Source: Azolla caroliniana
Taxonomy: Eukaryota; Plantae; Polypodiophyta
NCBI GenBank assembly: GCA_043228905.1
Contig: JBHGNT010000010.1
Span: forward strand, 12,276,001-12,340,000
Reading direction: 5' to 3'
Length of the DNA: 64,000 nucleotides
Under the pieces are notes generated by a model, which was not told the DNA's origin, did no database searches, and saw only the letters and a program-made list of their open reading frames with translations. Of the stretch, positions 24,335 to 37,200 are shown piece by piece; within the stretch, counting starts at the first letter, position 1, and every line of letters begins with the position of its first letter. The position numbers were made by a program, and so were the translations under genes.

Positions 24335-26855
24335 AAACTGCGTTGTTCTCTGACCGGACAAGGCCTAACACAAGGTGTCACGGAGACACTTCACCAAAGG
24401 GTGATTACGGCATAGGATTATGACTCAACGATTACACCGACCTAAGTAGGTTACACGATTAGAGTGCTTTTGTTAATTACATGCGTAAGATATAACAGTA
24501 AGTACAGAACGGAAATCAACACAGAAGTATAAACACCATACGCTCTATTAATTATCCGCTGCGATTACAATGGGCTCCGGGCCTTTAAATAGGTTTCCGG
24601 TCTGTAGTACAAAACGGTGCCTATCGCACCTATTCGGGATCCGTCCGGATCTGGAACGGCATACCGTTTCCAGTCCGTCCGTCCATACTATGCTTATTTA
24701 CAACCATACTTAATTAATTCCTTCACTCCGTATTTTGGACTCCTTGCCGGCCGGTAACAATTCCTTCATCAGTGATATGCTTCTTGAAAATGTTTGCAAT
24801 GGGATCAAAGACATCAGACCATGTTCGTGTCTTGGTCTTCCTGGCTTTGCCTCCCCCTTCTTCGGTTAGCTTTAGCTTGGGCTCTTCGTTCTTGTGGCTC
24901 CCCTACGTCCGGTCTCGGCTTCTTCAGCCGTCTCGTGCACTCCGACTTCTTCAATCGGACCGAAATCGAAATCGGTTTCCGACTCGGCTTTTTGGTTGTC
25001 TTCCTCATTCCTCCTTTCATCATTCCTCCCCCTCATGTTTGGCATATCGAGGTACTGCACACCCAATGCACTAGAAAATTGTCGCAACTTGTCTAAGCCG
25101 AGGGGTTTGGTGAAGATATCGGCCACCTGCCGATCTCTCGGAAAATGTATCACTGGAGAGAACGCGCTCTCGGAAAAAATGATAGTGCACCTCAATGTGC
25201 TTAGTCCGGGTGTGAAAGACAAGGTTCTTTGCCAACTGGATGCTGCTGAGGTTGTCGCAATAGATCGACGTCGAATCAGACACCTCCACTCGTAGATCCT
25301 TCAGGAGGCTCTTGAGCCATATGGCGCCGCATGTTGCGACACCCGCTCCTTGGTACTCGACCTCGGTGCTCGACAGGGCTACTGTCGGCTGCTTTTTATT
25401 GCTCAAGGTGACCGTGGTGCTTCCAAATGAAAACGCATATTTGGGTGTAAACCCGTGGTCGCCGATATTTCCCGCCCAATCAGCATCCGTATAGCTGACA
25501 AGTTGTTCAGCTACACTGGCCCGATATAGCAACCCCCGGTCCTTACTGTCACCGACGTATTGTAGGATTCGGTGCGCAGATTGAAGATGCTCCACTGTCG
25601 GATGCGCCATGAATTGACTAATCAGTCCGATCGGATAGCTGAGGTCCGATCGAGTGATGGTCAGATATATAAGTCTTATGACTATTTTTTGGAACCTTTT
25701 CGGGTAGCATGTTGTTTCGGAGTCGGGGCAAATTTTTACATTCCAGTCCAGAAGAGTTGAGACGGATTTGCATTCTGTTATACCGAATTTGAATAACATA
25801 CTCAACATGTAGTGGCATTGACTGATCAATATGCTTTCTTAGGTGCGGATCACTTCGCTCCCAAGGAAGTAATGAAGATCTCGTAGATCTTTCATCTCAA
25901 ATGATGCCGCGAGGTCATACTTGACGTAGTCGATTTCGTTGAGGTCACGGCGTTGGCGATGACTAAATCATCAACATAAGGTAAAATACTAACCGACCCG
26001 TTCTGACCTTGCCGGATGAAAAGTGAAAAGTTCGATTTCGATGGAGCAAACCCCATATGATGCAGTCTCTACGTGATCTTCGCGTTCCAGGCGCGCGGGG
26101 CTTTCTTGAGTCTGTAGAGGGACTTCTTCAATTGGCATACAACCGATGCATTCACTCTGGACTGAAATCTGGGGGGCTGAACCATAAACACTTGTTCCTC
26201 AAGATCATCTTGCAGGAACGCGTTTTTCACATCCATCTAATGTAGATGCCACCCCTTCACCGCTGCTACCGCAAGTAGGACACAGATGATCGTCATCTTT
26301 GCGACCGGCATGAATGTCTCATCGTAGTCGATGTCTTGCTGCTGCGCATAGTCCTTTGCCACTAACTGGGCCTTGTACCGGTTGATGGAGCCGTCAGTGT
26401 TGGATTTGACCTTGTATACCCATCGACAACCGATTGGTTTCACTCCTTTCGGCACGACACGTCCACTAAATCCCATATCTCATTTTCCGTGAGTGCTGAA
26501 TCTTTTCCTCCATGGCCTTTTGCTAGTTCGGATCCTTAGCCGCTTCTGCGTAGCTCTACGGCTTACGCACGACTACCACCTTCACCATGTAAGCATAATG
26601 ATGCGCCATATACTCATTGTACCCGTACTTTTTCACGGGGTTTTTCTGGCGGGTGGATCGACGTAACTTCTCATTCGCCGATTGCAAGGCCCTCTTGGTC
26701 AGCTCAAACTTCGTTCCCGAAGATCCTTCTTTGTTCTTTCCGGAGTCAGATTCGCTCCGATCCAACTCGACTCTGCCGGTGGTGTATTCCGCCATCTTCT
26801 TCATCCCCTTCTCTTTGCGCGTTAACCGTCTCCTTAGTTCCATACGTGGAGAGAG

Positions 26856-29800
26856 TGTTACCAGTTAGGAACACAATCCACCCTTAGTCCTTCGGGGTAG
26901 CTTACAAGGTGGTCGTGGTGCAAGGGAATAGGGATACTTCGTGCGTGATTTGTAAGGCGTAAGGGGAGGATGGCTACAACCGAACCTCCGTAGGAGCGTA
27001 GTACCCCATTGCGTACTTACCTTGTGTTTATTGCAACACAGTCTTGTACAGAGAACGAGAAACGGAAACAAGAGACTAATAGGCAGAATACCAAGATCAG
27101 AGAAGATAAAACTATATTAAAACGACGCTCCTATAATACGCTCCCTCTTTACAATGGTCTCTCGCCCCTTATATACACAGGGCTTCTAATCAGTTACGCT
27201 CCTTGCATAAAACCGTTACTTTAACGCTCCTAATATAATACTCTATTTTCCATGCGTTATGTCCGGTGGTTACAATTCCAACGGACAACACCTAGCAAAC
27301 CTGTGGGACAGTACCATGGCACGTTGAACCCATCCGCTTCCTATTCGTCGCCCAAAATGTCAAAAATTTTCGGCTCCGTTCATTCGTCATGCACTGGAGG
27401 CGGCGTGATGTTCATAGGTGCTTCATTGGTATGCTCGCACGATGCGTCAGTTTCTGTGTTGTCCTCATCACATGGCTCCGTTCATTCGCCATGCACTGGA
27501 GACGGCGTGATGTCCGTAGGTGCTTCGTTGGTATGCTCGGCTAGTGCGTCCGTTTCTGTGTTATCCTCTTCATGCAGTGTGGTCGGGGCTGGTTCAGGTG
27601 GTACGCTATCCGGGACATGCCTCTGTGGGTCTGGTGATGGCTCTTTTTGGTGTAAGCCGTCGTCAGGTCATTGCTCTTTTGTGTCTCTGTACTCTGAGGC
27701 ATTTCTCGACGCTGTTGTTACCTCAGGTTCGTTACTTGGGTTAGGCTGGGGCTCGTTTTGTTCGGCGGAGTCGCTATCTAGTCGCTATCTAGTACTGTTA
27801 TTACTTCCGCCGTTTTTGATTCCTTCGCCCTCTGGCTCTTGCTGCCGAGCTCCATTAGTTGGTGGAAGATGTCTTCTTGATTTTCCCCGAAATCTTCTAG
27901 CAGCTGCGTGAGTTCTTCGGAGTGCTAGTTAGCTAGCGTTTGATAATCCTGCATGAGGTTCTCTCGTACCGCCGCAATGCTTTCCTCATTTAGCTTGTAG
28001 AAGCCTCTGCCCTCTTTGCGGCGGTTCTCCCAGTCTTCCTGGTAGGTGTGCAATTCCGCTGCTTGCGTAGCCCACGCCGCCCATCCTTTGTCCAACGCTG
28101 CTTTCAACTGCATTGTAAACCGCTCATGATTTGTTTGAAGGAGGACGCGTACATTGTCCGTTAGCGTTTGGGAACGGGCTTGCGCTTCGTCCAGGGCCTT
28201 CTTGAGGTTTTCGATTTTATGCTTATTGGCCTTCGTTGCTTCCTCATAGCAGCTCTTCATCTTTGCCCATATCTGGGACTCCTTTAAGTGTAGTTCTTCA
28301 AGTCGGCCCATTTCATTGTTCAGGCAGATTTCTACCTGATGTGTCTGTTCACGTTCACGCATGAGCTATTCATCGTACCACGCTTTCTTCCTTTCTAATA
28401 ACTCTCGACGCCCCGTAATGACGGCCTCTATCTTCTTTGCTTCCTCCTGCAACGTTCTCTTTTCTTCTTTTGTGCGGGTATGTGCTGCTATCTCTGCTTC
28501 AAGCTTATCCTCAAGTGCTTTGGCCGCCCTTCATCCTTTGGCCCTAATATCCGCTTCTCTGTTTGAGGACTGACGGAGTTTTGCGTGGAGTCGGTCGATC
28601 TTGGACGTGGCTAACTCTGTAGCCTTTTTCGCTTTTGCGGCTATGGCGGTTTGAGCTTCAACCTCCTCCCGTAAAGTCGTTTCTCTGTCTAAGGACTGAC
28701 GGAGTTCTGCGCGGAGTCGATCGATCTCGGTCTTGGCTAACTGCGTAGCCTTTTTCGCTTTTGCGGCTATGGCGGTTTGAGCTTCAACCTCCTCTCGTAA
28801 AGTCTTCAACTCGTTATCATTGGGGGTAGGTCCGGGGATATGTTGCATCGTAATCGTGTTGCTTTCTAATTGCGCAATGTGCTCTTGTGCCTTCTGCAGT
28901 TGGTCTTGAGTCAGCTTGACTGTTTTCCAGACATTTTTATTTTTAATAGCCATATCCTTGGCGCCCACACTGACTTTCCCCAATTCCCTATGCACCTCGA
29001 GTAGGGGCGCATTTAATGGAGGTAATTTGATGCCCATACGGCGAATTCTTGTGTTACGCTCCCTGCCTAACCTGGCAAGGGGTCCCTCAGCTTCACATTC
29101 CGCCATTCTTGTTAGCGTACGCTCAATCATTTGCTGTTCAACGTGCTCCTCGGCCATTCGCTGGGACACCTTGATCTGCCGTGTCACCAAGAATTCCATG
29201 AGTTCGTATATCGTTCCAAAATGCAATAGTGCGCCGAACTCATGGGTTGTATCCGGAATGTCCAGATATTTCCGGACTTCACTTTTTGTTGTGAGCATTC
29301 CTTTGCCACGATGACATTGATCTGTAATGATTGGCTGTGGCTCACGGATGATCTCTAATGTAGTTGTAGGCTCTGTGGGGCCGGAAATTTCGACTAGTGC
29401 AACTGTATCTTTTACCAGTCTGCGCCCATCCTTCCGATCTAGCCTACGACGCTTAGGCCTTGGGCTTCCGTGATTGTGTTCCAGTTCTTGCTCACTCGTT
29501 GTTGTCGGTGCTTCGACGGTCTCTCTTGGTTGTTCCAGTTGTGTTGTTTCCACGACGGGGTGGGAAGGCTGTGGTTCTTCTTCCCATTCCGTGGTTGCCA
29601 ATTCCGCTAGACGTCGTTTCGCTGCTCGTGGCGGGGTCATAGGTTTGCTAGTCTGTGGGGCGAGGATTCCGCACGGTGGAAACAATATCGTAAGGTACTA
29701 TTGAATGATCGGCCTTAGCTTTTATCCGGCTTGGTATGCGTGTAGTCCCTCTCGCAGTGCTGGTCCTGTAATTACTACCCAATCTACTGTGCGACCTTCG

Positions 29801-30407
29801 AACGTGTCGATGATAATGTCTGCCTTCTGTTTCGGCATCCTGTAGGGGTTAACATGTACGCATCCGACTTCCAACAGGAACTTTGCAATCTCTCGAAAAA
29901 ATGGGTTCGGGATTTCCTTTGTTTTGTACGCCTTGGCAGATGTCGAATATTCCCCAAAATACTACTCTAGTTTGTCGGATGGAGGAATTTTGAAGTGCTT
30001 CTCGCCCGTTGCAGATAGAGTACAAACACAACTTCTTCCAGATACTAGCATTTGTCACCGTGTCGATGTTGAGCTTCCTGGCGATGTCTTGGGCATCATG
30101 GTGTGGTGGCACTTCTGCTACCTAGATGTACCCCTCAAACCCCTTTTCCAGGAGCTATCTTCGCAAAGCTGCCGAGATGGTAATTGGTCTCCTGGGTGGA
30201 TAGGGTTCATGTGGAGAGTGCCAAATGGGTGAAGCACGTGAGCTGCGTTGTGCATGGTGCCTGTGGTATGCAAGAGAGCGAGGACCACGAGGAGAGCTAG
30301 GAGAGCAGAAGGCTAGAGGCTTTTTTTTGTAATGTGCAGAAAACCTTCTGTTTCCTTCTTTTTGTGCCTTAGGGTTCATAGGTCTATGAGACATCGTGGA
30401 GACACGT
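26856..30407 (-). mobile_element. Gypsy element C (3' LTR plus decayed accessory ORF), truncated at the D insertion
   Basis: LTR TGTTA...CAACA at 26856-27290, followed by a degenerate tRNA-like motif. The accessory ORF pieces contain PPHHDA, YFGEYSTSAKAYKT and a coiled coil, ending IFDILGDE*. Confidence 0.8.
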
Positions 30408-33263
30408 TCTCATGAAGAAAACCGGCCATAGGCGGAATCGAAGAAAAAGGCGCATGAACCGGCTCCTACACGGGTGGACGCGAGGATTGATATATTGTAC
30501 ATAATTCGTAATTAGGGTGACTGGTGTAAATACTAGGTAGAGCACATTTATTAGGGGATTTTGTGCGTATCTCTGTCGACAGGGACAGGGAATAAAGCAG
30601 TTTGGCTAAGGAAAAGGGGGCACCCCCTTTTGGGGAACTATTTAAGGAGGGAGAGGAGGAAGGAGCAGGTATCGCGCGCTAGGAAGGACGAAGTGCTGCT
30701 GCAGATCTGAGTGCGGAGCTCTCTCTTCTCCTCCGGCCGTCGGTCTCTGTGGGTCGGGAGCTTGTTGCCTTTGCTTCGTGGACAGCCCGTGTGCTTCCAG
30801 CAGAGGCTCTCCCCCTCTGTTTTGTTTCTGGGAGTCGAGCGAGTGCTGTCTGTGTGTGTGAGTAGGATCCCCGTGTCGGGTCCATCGCCGCTTTCGGTTG
30901 TAACCGTCAGAGTTGTATTCTCTTGTTGTTGTAATCTCTTGTTATTGAAATCAAGTGTTACGTTCTACATCTCTCCTTCTCGCTTCGCGTATCTACAAAT
31001 CTCTCTCTCTCTCTCTCTCTCTCGCTCCTCGGTTCAAGACCCTCGTGGTCCCACCCCTTCTACACGCACGCGCGTAACAATGCGACATATTTGGTGAACC
31101 CGATGTGAACGGGGCGGAAAAGGAGTCAAAAGATGAAGGGATCGGAGCTAGCAGAGGCAATGGCGGTGGCCGTCGACCGGCTGGTGAGCGCTCGTGAGGG
31201 GACGGGTACCCTCGACAGAGCCATTGAATCGATCGTCGGCTCTATAGGCCGCTTCGGAGGGAAAGACGCCACAAGTTATTTGGAGGCTTACCGGGCCGAA
31301 ATGATCATGAGGGATATCCCGGTGGACAGGCGGCTGTCCGGATTCCCTCGGGTGGTGACGCCGGGCATCCACGCGGAGGTGCTCGAGGTGCTGGCCGGAT
31401 GCCAAACTTGGGAGGAGTTCGAGCTGCAGCTCCTCGAGAAGCACAGGTTTGACGAATTGCTTCGGCTGTCGAGGCGGGACTTCATGGCGTGGGTGGAAAG
31501 CCTTGGAAAGGGGGGGAACACGTTGGTGCTCCTCCAGGAGTTCGAAAAACGGTTCGCGCGACTGTCAACGCTGGACCGGACGGTGCTCGAAACAAGTCGA
31601 GTACTACTGTTTGTCAAGTCGGTGGACGCGCTCGACATGGAAAAGGTGGGTCCCCTATTGGAAACGGACGAAGGGCTCACATTAGACTGGGCCGTGGTAA
31701 AACGGGTCTATAGCCGTTTCGACAAACGACGCGATTGGAGCGACGGAAGCTCGTCGGGGTCGGGGCCGATCCCGGGGAGAAGACTCGAGGAGCCGGTATT
31801 GGTGCCGGCCGGTAGGAAGGAAGAGACCCGAATCTGGCCAGAGTCGGGGCCGGCATCGAACGACGCGGTCAAAGGCCCATCCAGAGGAGGGGCTCTGGAG
31901 GAGCTGACACAGATGGTGCGCGACTTGCAGATCGCACAGGCCTGGAGAGACCACGGCGAACAACCTCGCGATCGGAGGTTGCCAGCTGGACAACGGTGCA
32001 TGTGGTGTGACGCGGTCGGTCACATTCGGAAGGATTGCGTGGATTTTGCCGACGCGCTCAGGACCAACGTGGTGTACCTCTGGAACGGGTGGGTGCACGC
32101 GAGCGAGACCCGGAGAGTCCTAGAACTGAATACGGGGCGTGACGGAATGAAGAGGTTGATGGAAGAGGCCGCGACACGGCACAACACGTCGAAGCCGTTA
32201 ACTACTCAGTCTCGGCGGGAATTCGGGTCGGGGGTGATGAGACCCGGAAGGTGAAGGACTCCGGATTCTGGCCGCTAGTGCTAGAAGGCCTCTCCGGAGT
32301 TCGGCTGAAGAAGGAAGAGGCGGGCCGCGCGGAACAACGGGTCCAGGAGGTCACCGGTTGGGACGATCCGGTTGAAGAGAAAACGGGCTTCGTAGAGGGT
32401 GCTTGCCAGAACTACGAGGTTCTGGTGGAGGACAAACGGGCAGGAAAGGCCGGAGTGGTCGGTCCCCCGCAGAGGTATGAGACCCGGTTCGGACTGAAAC
32501 CGACTGGTGCTGGCAACCCAGGCGCGTCGGATGGGAAGAAGCAGGCGGGGTTTCGGTTGAGCACCGAAATCGAAAGGACCAGAGACTTGCAAAAGGTCTT
32601 GGAGGAACGTATCCTCGACAGCAAAGTGGAGCTGTCATTGCGGGAGGTGCTGGGAATCGCCAAGAGAGAGTTCCACGACTCTATTGTAGACTTGGTGAAG
32701 CGGAAGAGGCTCTCGATGGAGCTGGAACCGGAGAAGCCGGTGGAGGTGCGGAGCACGTACCTGGAAGACGAAGCCCTAGAAGACGAGCTAGCGGGAAGTC
32801 ACTACACAAAGCCGCATTGGGCCATGGCAACTACGGAAACCCTTGTACGGATCGGCAACGTTCTAGAACCGGTGGTGGTGTTGGTAGACCATGGATCCGA
32901 AATCAACCTAATGTCCATGGATATCTACAAGAAGGGTAAATGGCTGATCAACACCAAGCACGGCTGGAAGATACGGGCAACGACGCGCGCCACGGAAGAA
33001 CTACATGGGGCCTGTCCGAACGTACGGGTGAAGATCGGCAATGTCGAGATCGACCAGCACTTCTTCGTGCAGGAGACGTCCTCGCATCCGGTTATACTAG
33101 GAGAGCCGTATATCACGACAGCACGGATGGAGACCAAGGTGCTAGACAACAGTTCAACCTATGCAAGAGTCAAGAGCCAGGATGGGCATCACTCGGTCCA
33201 GTTCCTAACGGTGCGACCAAACCACAAGCGTAACCGCGAGGCCCTCGGCGGTGAAACCCGAGG

Positions 33264-33330
33264 GGATTTTTAGAGAGGGCTATCAAGGCGTGGGGCCGCG
33301 ATAGTCCGGGCACCCGGGAAGAACCCCACA
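33264..33330 (+). promoter_or_regulatory. Candidate -1 programmed ribosomal frameshift signal between gag-PR and RT
   Basis: G_GAT_TTT immediately before the stop, a 6-nt spacer, and an 8-bp stem GGGCTATC/GATAGTCC. The -1 frame is open and conserved in F (55726-55793, minus strand). Confidence 0.65.
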
Positions 33331-34229
33331 AATATACAGTACGGAAGAAGACCTGTACCATAGGTAGGAAATTTTGGTTCTCCGACAACGGAGGTTGTAC
33401 TATAACCGGTGTCAGCGGCCGGGAGAGGAAGCGAGCGGAGGAGCGGCTTAGGGGATGCAGAGTCCTCTTCCCTGACGAAGACATCAGTGGCGCCGTGGAG
33501 GCGGTCTCTTTTGATGACACCTTGGGTGAACTGCGAAAGGTGATCGGTGAAGACCTTAGAGAAGACCGGACCGTTCCGGTAGGGTTAATGGGAATGTATG
33601 AAGTCATCGCGGACTTTGGGGGAAGGATCGGGTCGGATCGGAGGCCCGCTGTCGCGTTGTTATGCGCGTGCGTGGAGAACAAGGCGGGACCACTAGGGTC
33701 TTGGACCGAGGAATAGGTGAGGAAAAAGAGAGAGAGAGAGAGAGACGCTCACTCACGTATAGACAAAGAAGTGCACGGGGACGCGGCACAACAACACAGG
33801 AGACACGAGCTGAGAACACTAGAGTATGTATGTAAATATAGGCATGTATTTGTAAGTATGCAGACGAATCGAACGGTTACAGCCGACCAGGTCGGCGAGG
33901 TGGATGCCGACGCCTAATCACCCACGCACACAGGAGAGCAAGATGGAGATTCTGCCGGAAGCACACGGGCGTTCCACCGAGCAGAATCAGCCCCCTGAGA
34001 GCCTGCGCAAAAGAGAGCTATGGAGAACGACAGAGAAGAAGAGCTCGGTCCCAGTCCGACAACACTTCGTTCCCTCTAGCGCGCGATCCCCTCTCCCCCT
34101 CGTCTCCCTCTCCTTTATAGCTCAAGGAGGGAGACCGTTTCACCGTTTACATCACATTAATTCTTTGTCCTTTCGGATAGAGATACTCCTCGATTTACCT
34201 TACAGAATATTGCTACCTAGGATTTAACC

Positions 34230-37200
34230 TGTTGCAAACGGTGCTCGGCCACAACCGAGGAATAGGATCAACTCTCAGAAAATGGGAAATACAAAGTACA
34301 CGAAGACTATAGAGAGAGGAGTACACAGGATATTTTACGTGGAAAACCCTAAATGGGAAAAACCACGGGAGTCCTCAAACTCCAACTATCACTATGAACA
34401 GGGATGTACAATGGTGAAGCTTCAAGGCAACAACCTTGAGCTCACTGTCTTCGCCACAGGCGGCGGCAATACACAGAGGCAACGACCTCTTCGTCTCTCT
34501 CTCTCTCTCGCGGCTGCTCTCTTCGCTCTCCCTAGGTGAAATCAGAAAAATGAGCAACAACATCAAAACTGTTTGCCCTAAGTCATATTTATACACATAT
34601 GACTTTCGGGCTATTTACAAATATAGCCTCAAGGGCTCTTGGCAAACATATTCACAAATATGTCCCCGCATCCGGATCTCTCTCCGGGTACATTCGTCAT
34701 CCGGCTCCGTAACCGGGGTCTTCATCATCCGGCTCCGTAGCCGGGGTCTTCGTCATCCGGCTCCGTAACCGGGGTCTTCATCATCCGGCTCCGTAACCGC
34801 AACCGGGCTTGCCGTCATTCATCTCCGGACATCCCATCCGGAGGGACCGTAATCCCAACAAACTCCCCCTTCACTTCGGCATGGGATGTCTCTCCAATCC
34901 GATCCTCTTCCGGCATGCTTCCAGCTTGTCGGGTGTGAGCACCTTGGTCAGCATATCCGACCCGTTCTCGTCCGTGTGGATCTTCGTCAGCACGAACTCC
35001 TTGTCTTCAATCCTTTCCCGGATCCAGTGGTATCTCCGCTGGATGTGTTTCGTCCGGGAATGGTAGGCCGCGTTTTTCGCAAGGTGGATGGCACTCAGAT
35101 TATCACAGTAGAGTCGGTACTCCTCCTGCCGGATACCGAGCTCTTTAATGAAGTCCTTCATCCATATTATTTCCTTGCCGGCTTCAACAGCCGCCATGTA
35201 CTCCGCCTCCGTGGTTGACAGCGCAACCGTCTTCTGCAGCCTCGACTGCCACGAAACAGCTCCCCCTGCATACGTCATCACATAACCTGATGTGGACCGG
35301 TTGGTATCTGCATCAGCCGACATATCCGAATCGGTGAAGCCATCGAGTTCGGACTTACCGGAGCCGAATCGGAGGCACACGTTTGCCGTGCCCTTCAGGT
35401 ATCGGAGTATCCACTTGACTGCGTTCCAGTGCTCTTTGCCGGGATTGCTCATGTACCGGCTCACCACTCCGACTGCATATCCTATGTCCGGTCTTGTACA
35501 CACCATTGCGTACATCAAGCTTCCGACGGCAGAAGCATATGGTACTTTCATCATATCCTCCTTCTCAGCCTTTGTCTTGGGGCTTTGCTTGCTGGACAAC
35601 TTGCAGTTTGCCGGGAGGGTTGACCCGACCGGTCTTGCTTCCGACATGTTGAACCGGTGAAGCACCTTTGTCACGTACTTCTCCTGTGACAGCCACAACT
35701 GCTTCTTCTTCCGGTCCCGGATGATGTGCATCCCTAGTATTTGCCTCGCCGGACCCAGGTCCTTCATTGAGAAGGTTCGGTGAAGCGCTTTCTTCAGCGT
35801 CCGTATCTTGACCTGGTCCCGTCCGACGATCAACATGTCGTCCACGTACAGGAGGAGTATTAGAGAGTCTCCTCCTTCGAACTTCTTCACAAACACGCAG
35901 TGGTCGGACTGCGTTTTGAGGTACCCTTCGTCGGTCATGAAGGAGTCGAACTTCCGGTACCATTGCCGGGGAGCCTGCTTCAATCCGTAAAGGCTCTTCT
36001 TCAACCGGCATACCAGGTGCTCCTTCCCTTTCTTCTCGAATCCTTCCGGTTGCTGCATGTAGATCTCTTCATCGAGGTCACCGTGAAGGAATGTCGTCTT
36101 CACGTCCATCTGTTCTACCTCGAGGTCCATGCTTGCCGCTATGCTCAGCACCGTCCGGATGGAGGTCATCTTCACTACCGGGGCAAATATCTCGTCGAAG
36201 TCGACGCCCTTCTTCTGCTGAAACCCCTTCACCACGATCCTGGCTTTGTATCTCGGGGGGTTTCCGGCATCTCCCGGTTTCAGCTTGAACACCCACTTGT
36301 TTCGAAGTGCCCGCTTTCCTTTCGGCAACTCCACAAGTTCATATGTGTGGTTCTCATGCAGGGAATCCATCTCGTCCTGCATGGCACTCAACCACCTGCG
36401 GCTATGGGTGTCATGCTTTGCTTCTTCAAAGCTCTCCGGCTCCCCCTCGTCGGTTAGCAGCACGTGCTCTGGTTCCGGAAATCTCCGGGGGGCCCTTCTC
36501 TCTCTTAGAGGATATCTCCGTTCCGGAGCTTCGGTAACCGGTTCTTCCGATTCTTCTTCATCCGAATCCATTTCGGGATCGGGGCCGGTTCCGGTATCAT
36601 TTTCATCTTCTTCGGCCGGTTCTGTTTCTTCACCGTCTTCGGCCGGATCTTCGAGTGTTAACCGGTCCCTTGCCGGTCGGGACTGCTCCTCGTAGAGTTT
36701 ATCCTCACCGGTCGCCTTGGAGCTCTTCATCTTCTTCTCCGACTCCCAGTCGGCGAGTGTCTTGTCCTCCATGAAGATGATGTCTCGACTCCTGAATATC
36801 TTCTTGTCGACCGGGTCCCATACTCGGTAGCCGAACTCATCGTCGCCGTAACCGAGGAATATGCATGGCCGGGTCTTTGGATCTAGCTTTCCTCTCCGGT
36901 CCTTTGCCACATGCACGTATGCGAGACACCCGAACACCTTCAGATGCCGGTAGGACACTTCCTTACCGGTCCACACTTTCTGCGGCGTGTCTCCGTTCAA
37001 AGGTACTGAGGGTGATCTGTTTATCACGTATGTCGCCGTCGACATCGCCTCAGCCCAAAACCCCTTGGGTAATTCCGCATGCGCCAGCATACTCCGGACC
37101 CTCTCCATTATGGTCCGGTTCATCCTCTCGGCCAGCCCGTTCAGTTCCGGCGTCTTCGGCACAGTAAACTCGAGTCGGATTCCCTTCGAGCGACAGTACT

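Larger units (their letters stand above)
14801..24759 (-). mobile_element. Near-intact Ty3/Gypsy element A (non-chromovirus, Athila-like, no extra RNase H) with downstream accessory ORF
   Basis: 419-bp LTRs at 14801-15219 and 24341-24759 with about 4 differences. TSD ATTCC at 14796-14800 and 24760-24764. Domain order gag-PR-RT-RH-INT. Confidence 0.97.
14496..24809 (-). pseudogene. CUL1: Processed Cullin-1 fragment (about 350 bp), split by Gypsy A
   Basis: DPIANIFKKHITDEG (24765-24809) joins MTLVKQAEDIASNKKAEKK...ELHDKYLQYV...[15 protein letters not shown] (14560-14800). A 13-nt poly(T) on + at 14496-14508. Flanking 16-bp duplication GACATC(G/A)GACCATGTT at 14482-14497 and 24810-24825. Confidence 0.85.
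13640..26855 (-). mobile_element. Copia element H (3' part: RT-RH, 3' region, PPT, 3' LTR), interrupted by the CUL1 retrocopy/Gypsy A and truncated at Gypsy C
   Basis: The LTR begins TGTTGAGCGG at 14100 (-), and its left limit is approximate. PPT AGCTTGAGGGGGAG at 14101-14114. RT/RH motifs ([28 protein letters not shown]) at 25020-26855. Confidence 0.85.

Noticed and set aside
14801-24759. Element A actually oriented on + with the left motif as its only PBS
   Set aside because: All ORFs are on the minus strand, a separate PBS precedes gag, and there is no + strand PPT before the right LTR either.
33904-34768. ORFs repeated within LTRs, and the many antisense ORFs in the elements
   Set aside because: They recur only because the LTRs are duplicated, or they are shadows of GC-rich coding strands.
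34696-34800. CRISPR-like array
   Set aside because: These are contiguous tandem repeats without unique spacers, inside a eukaryotic LTR.
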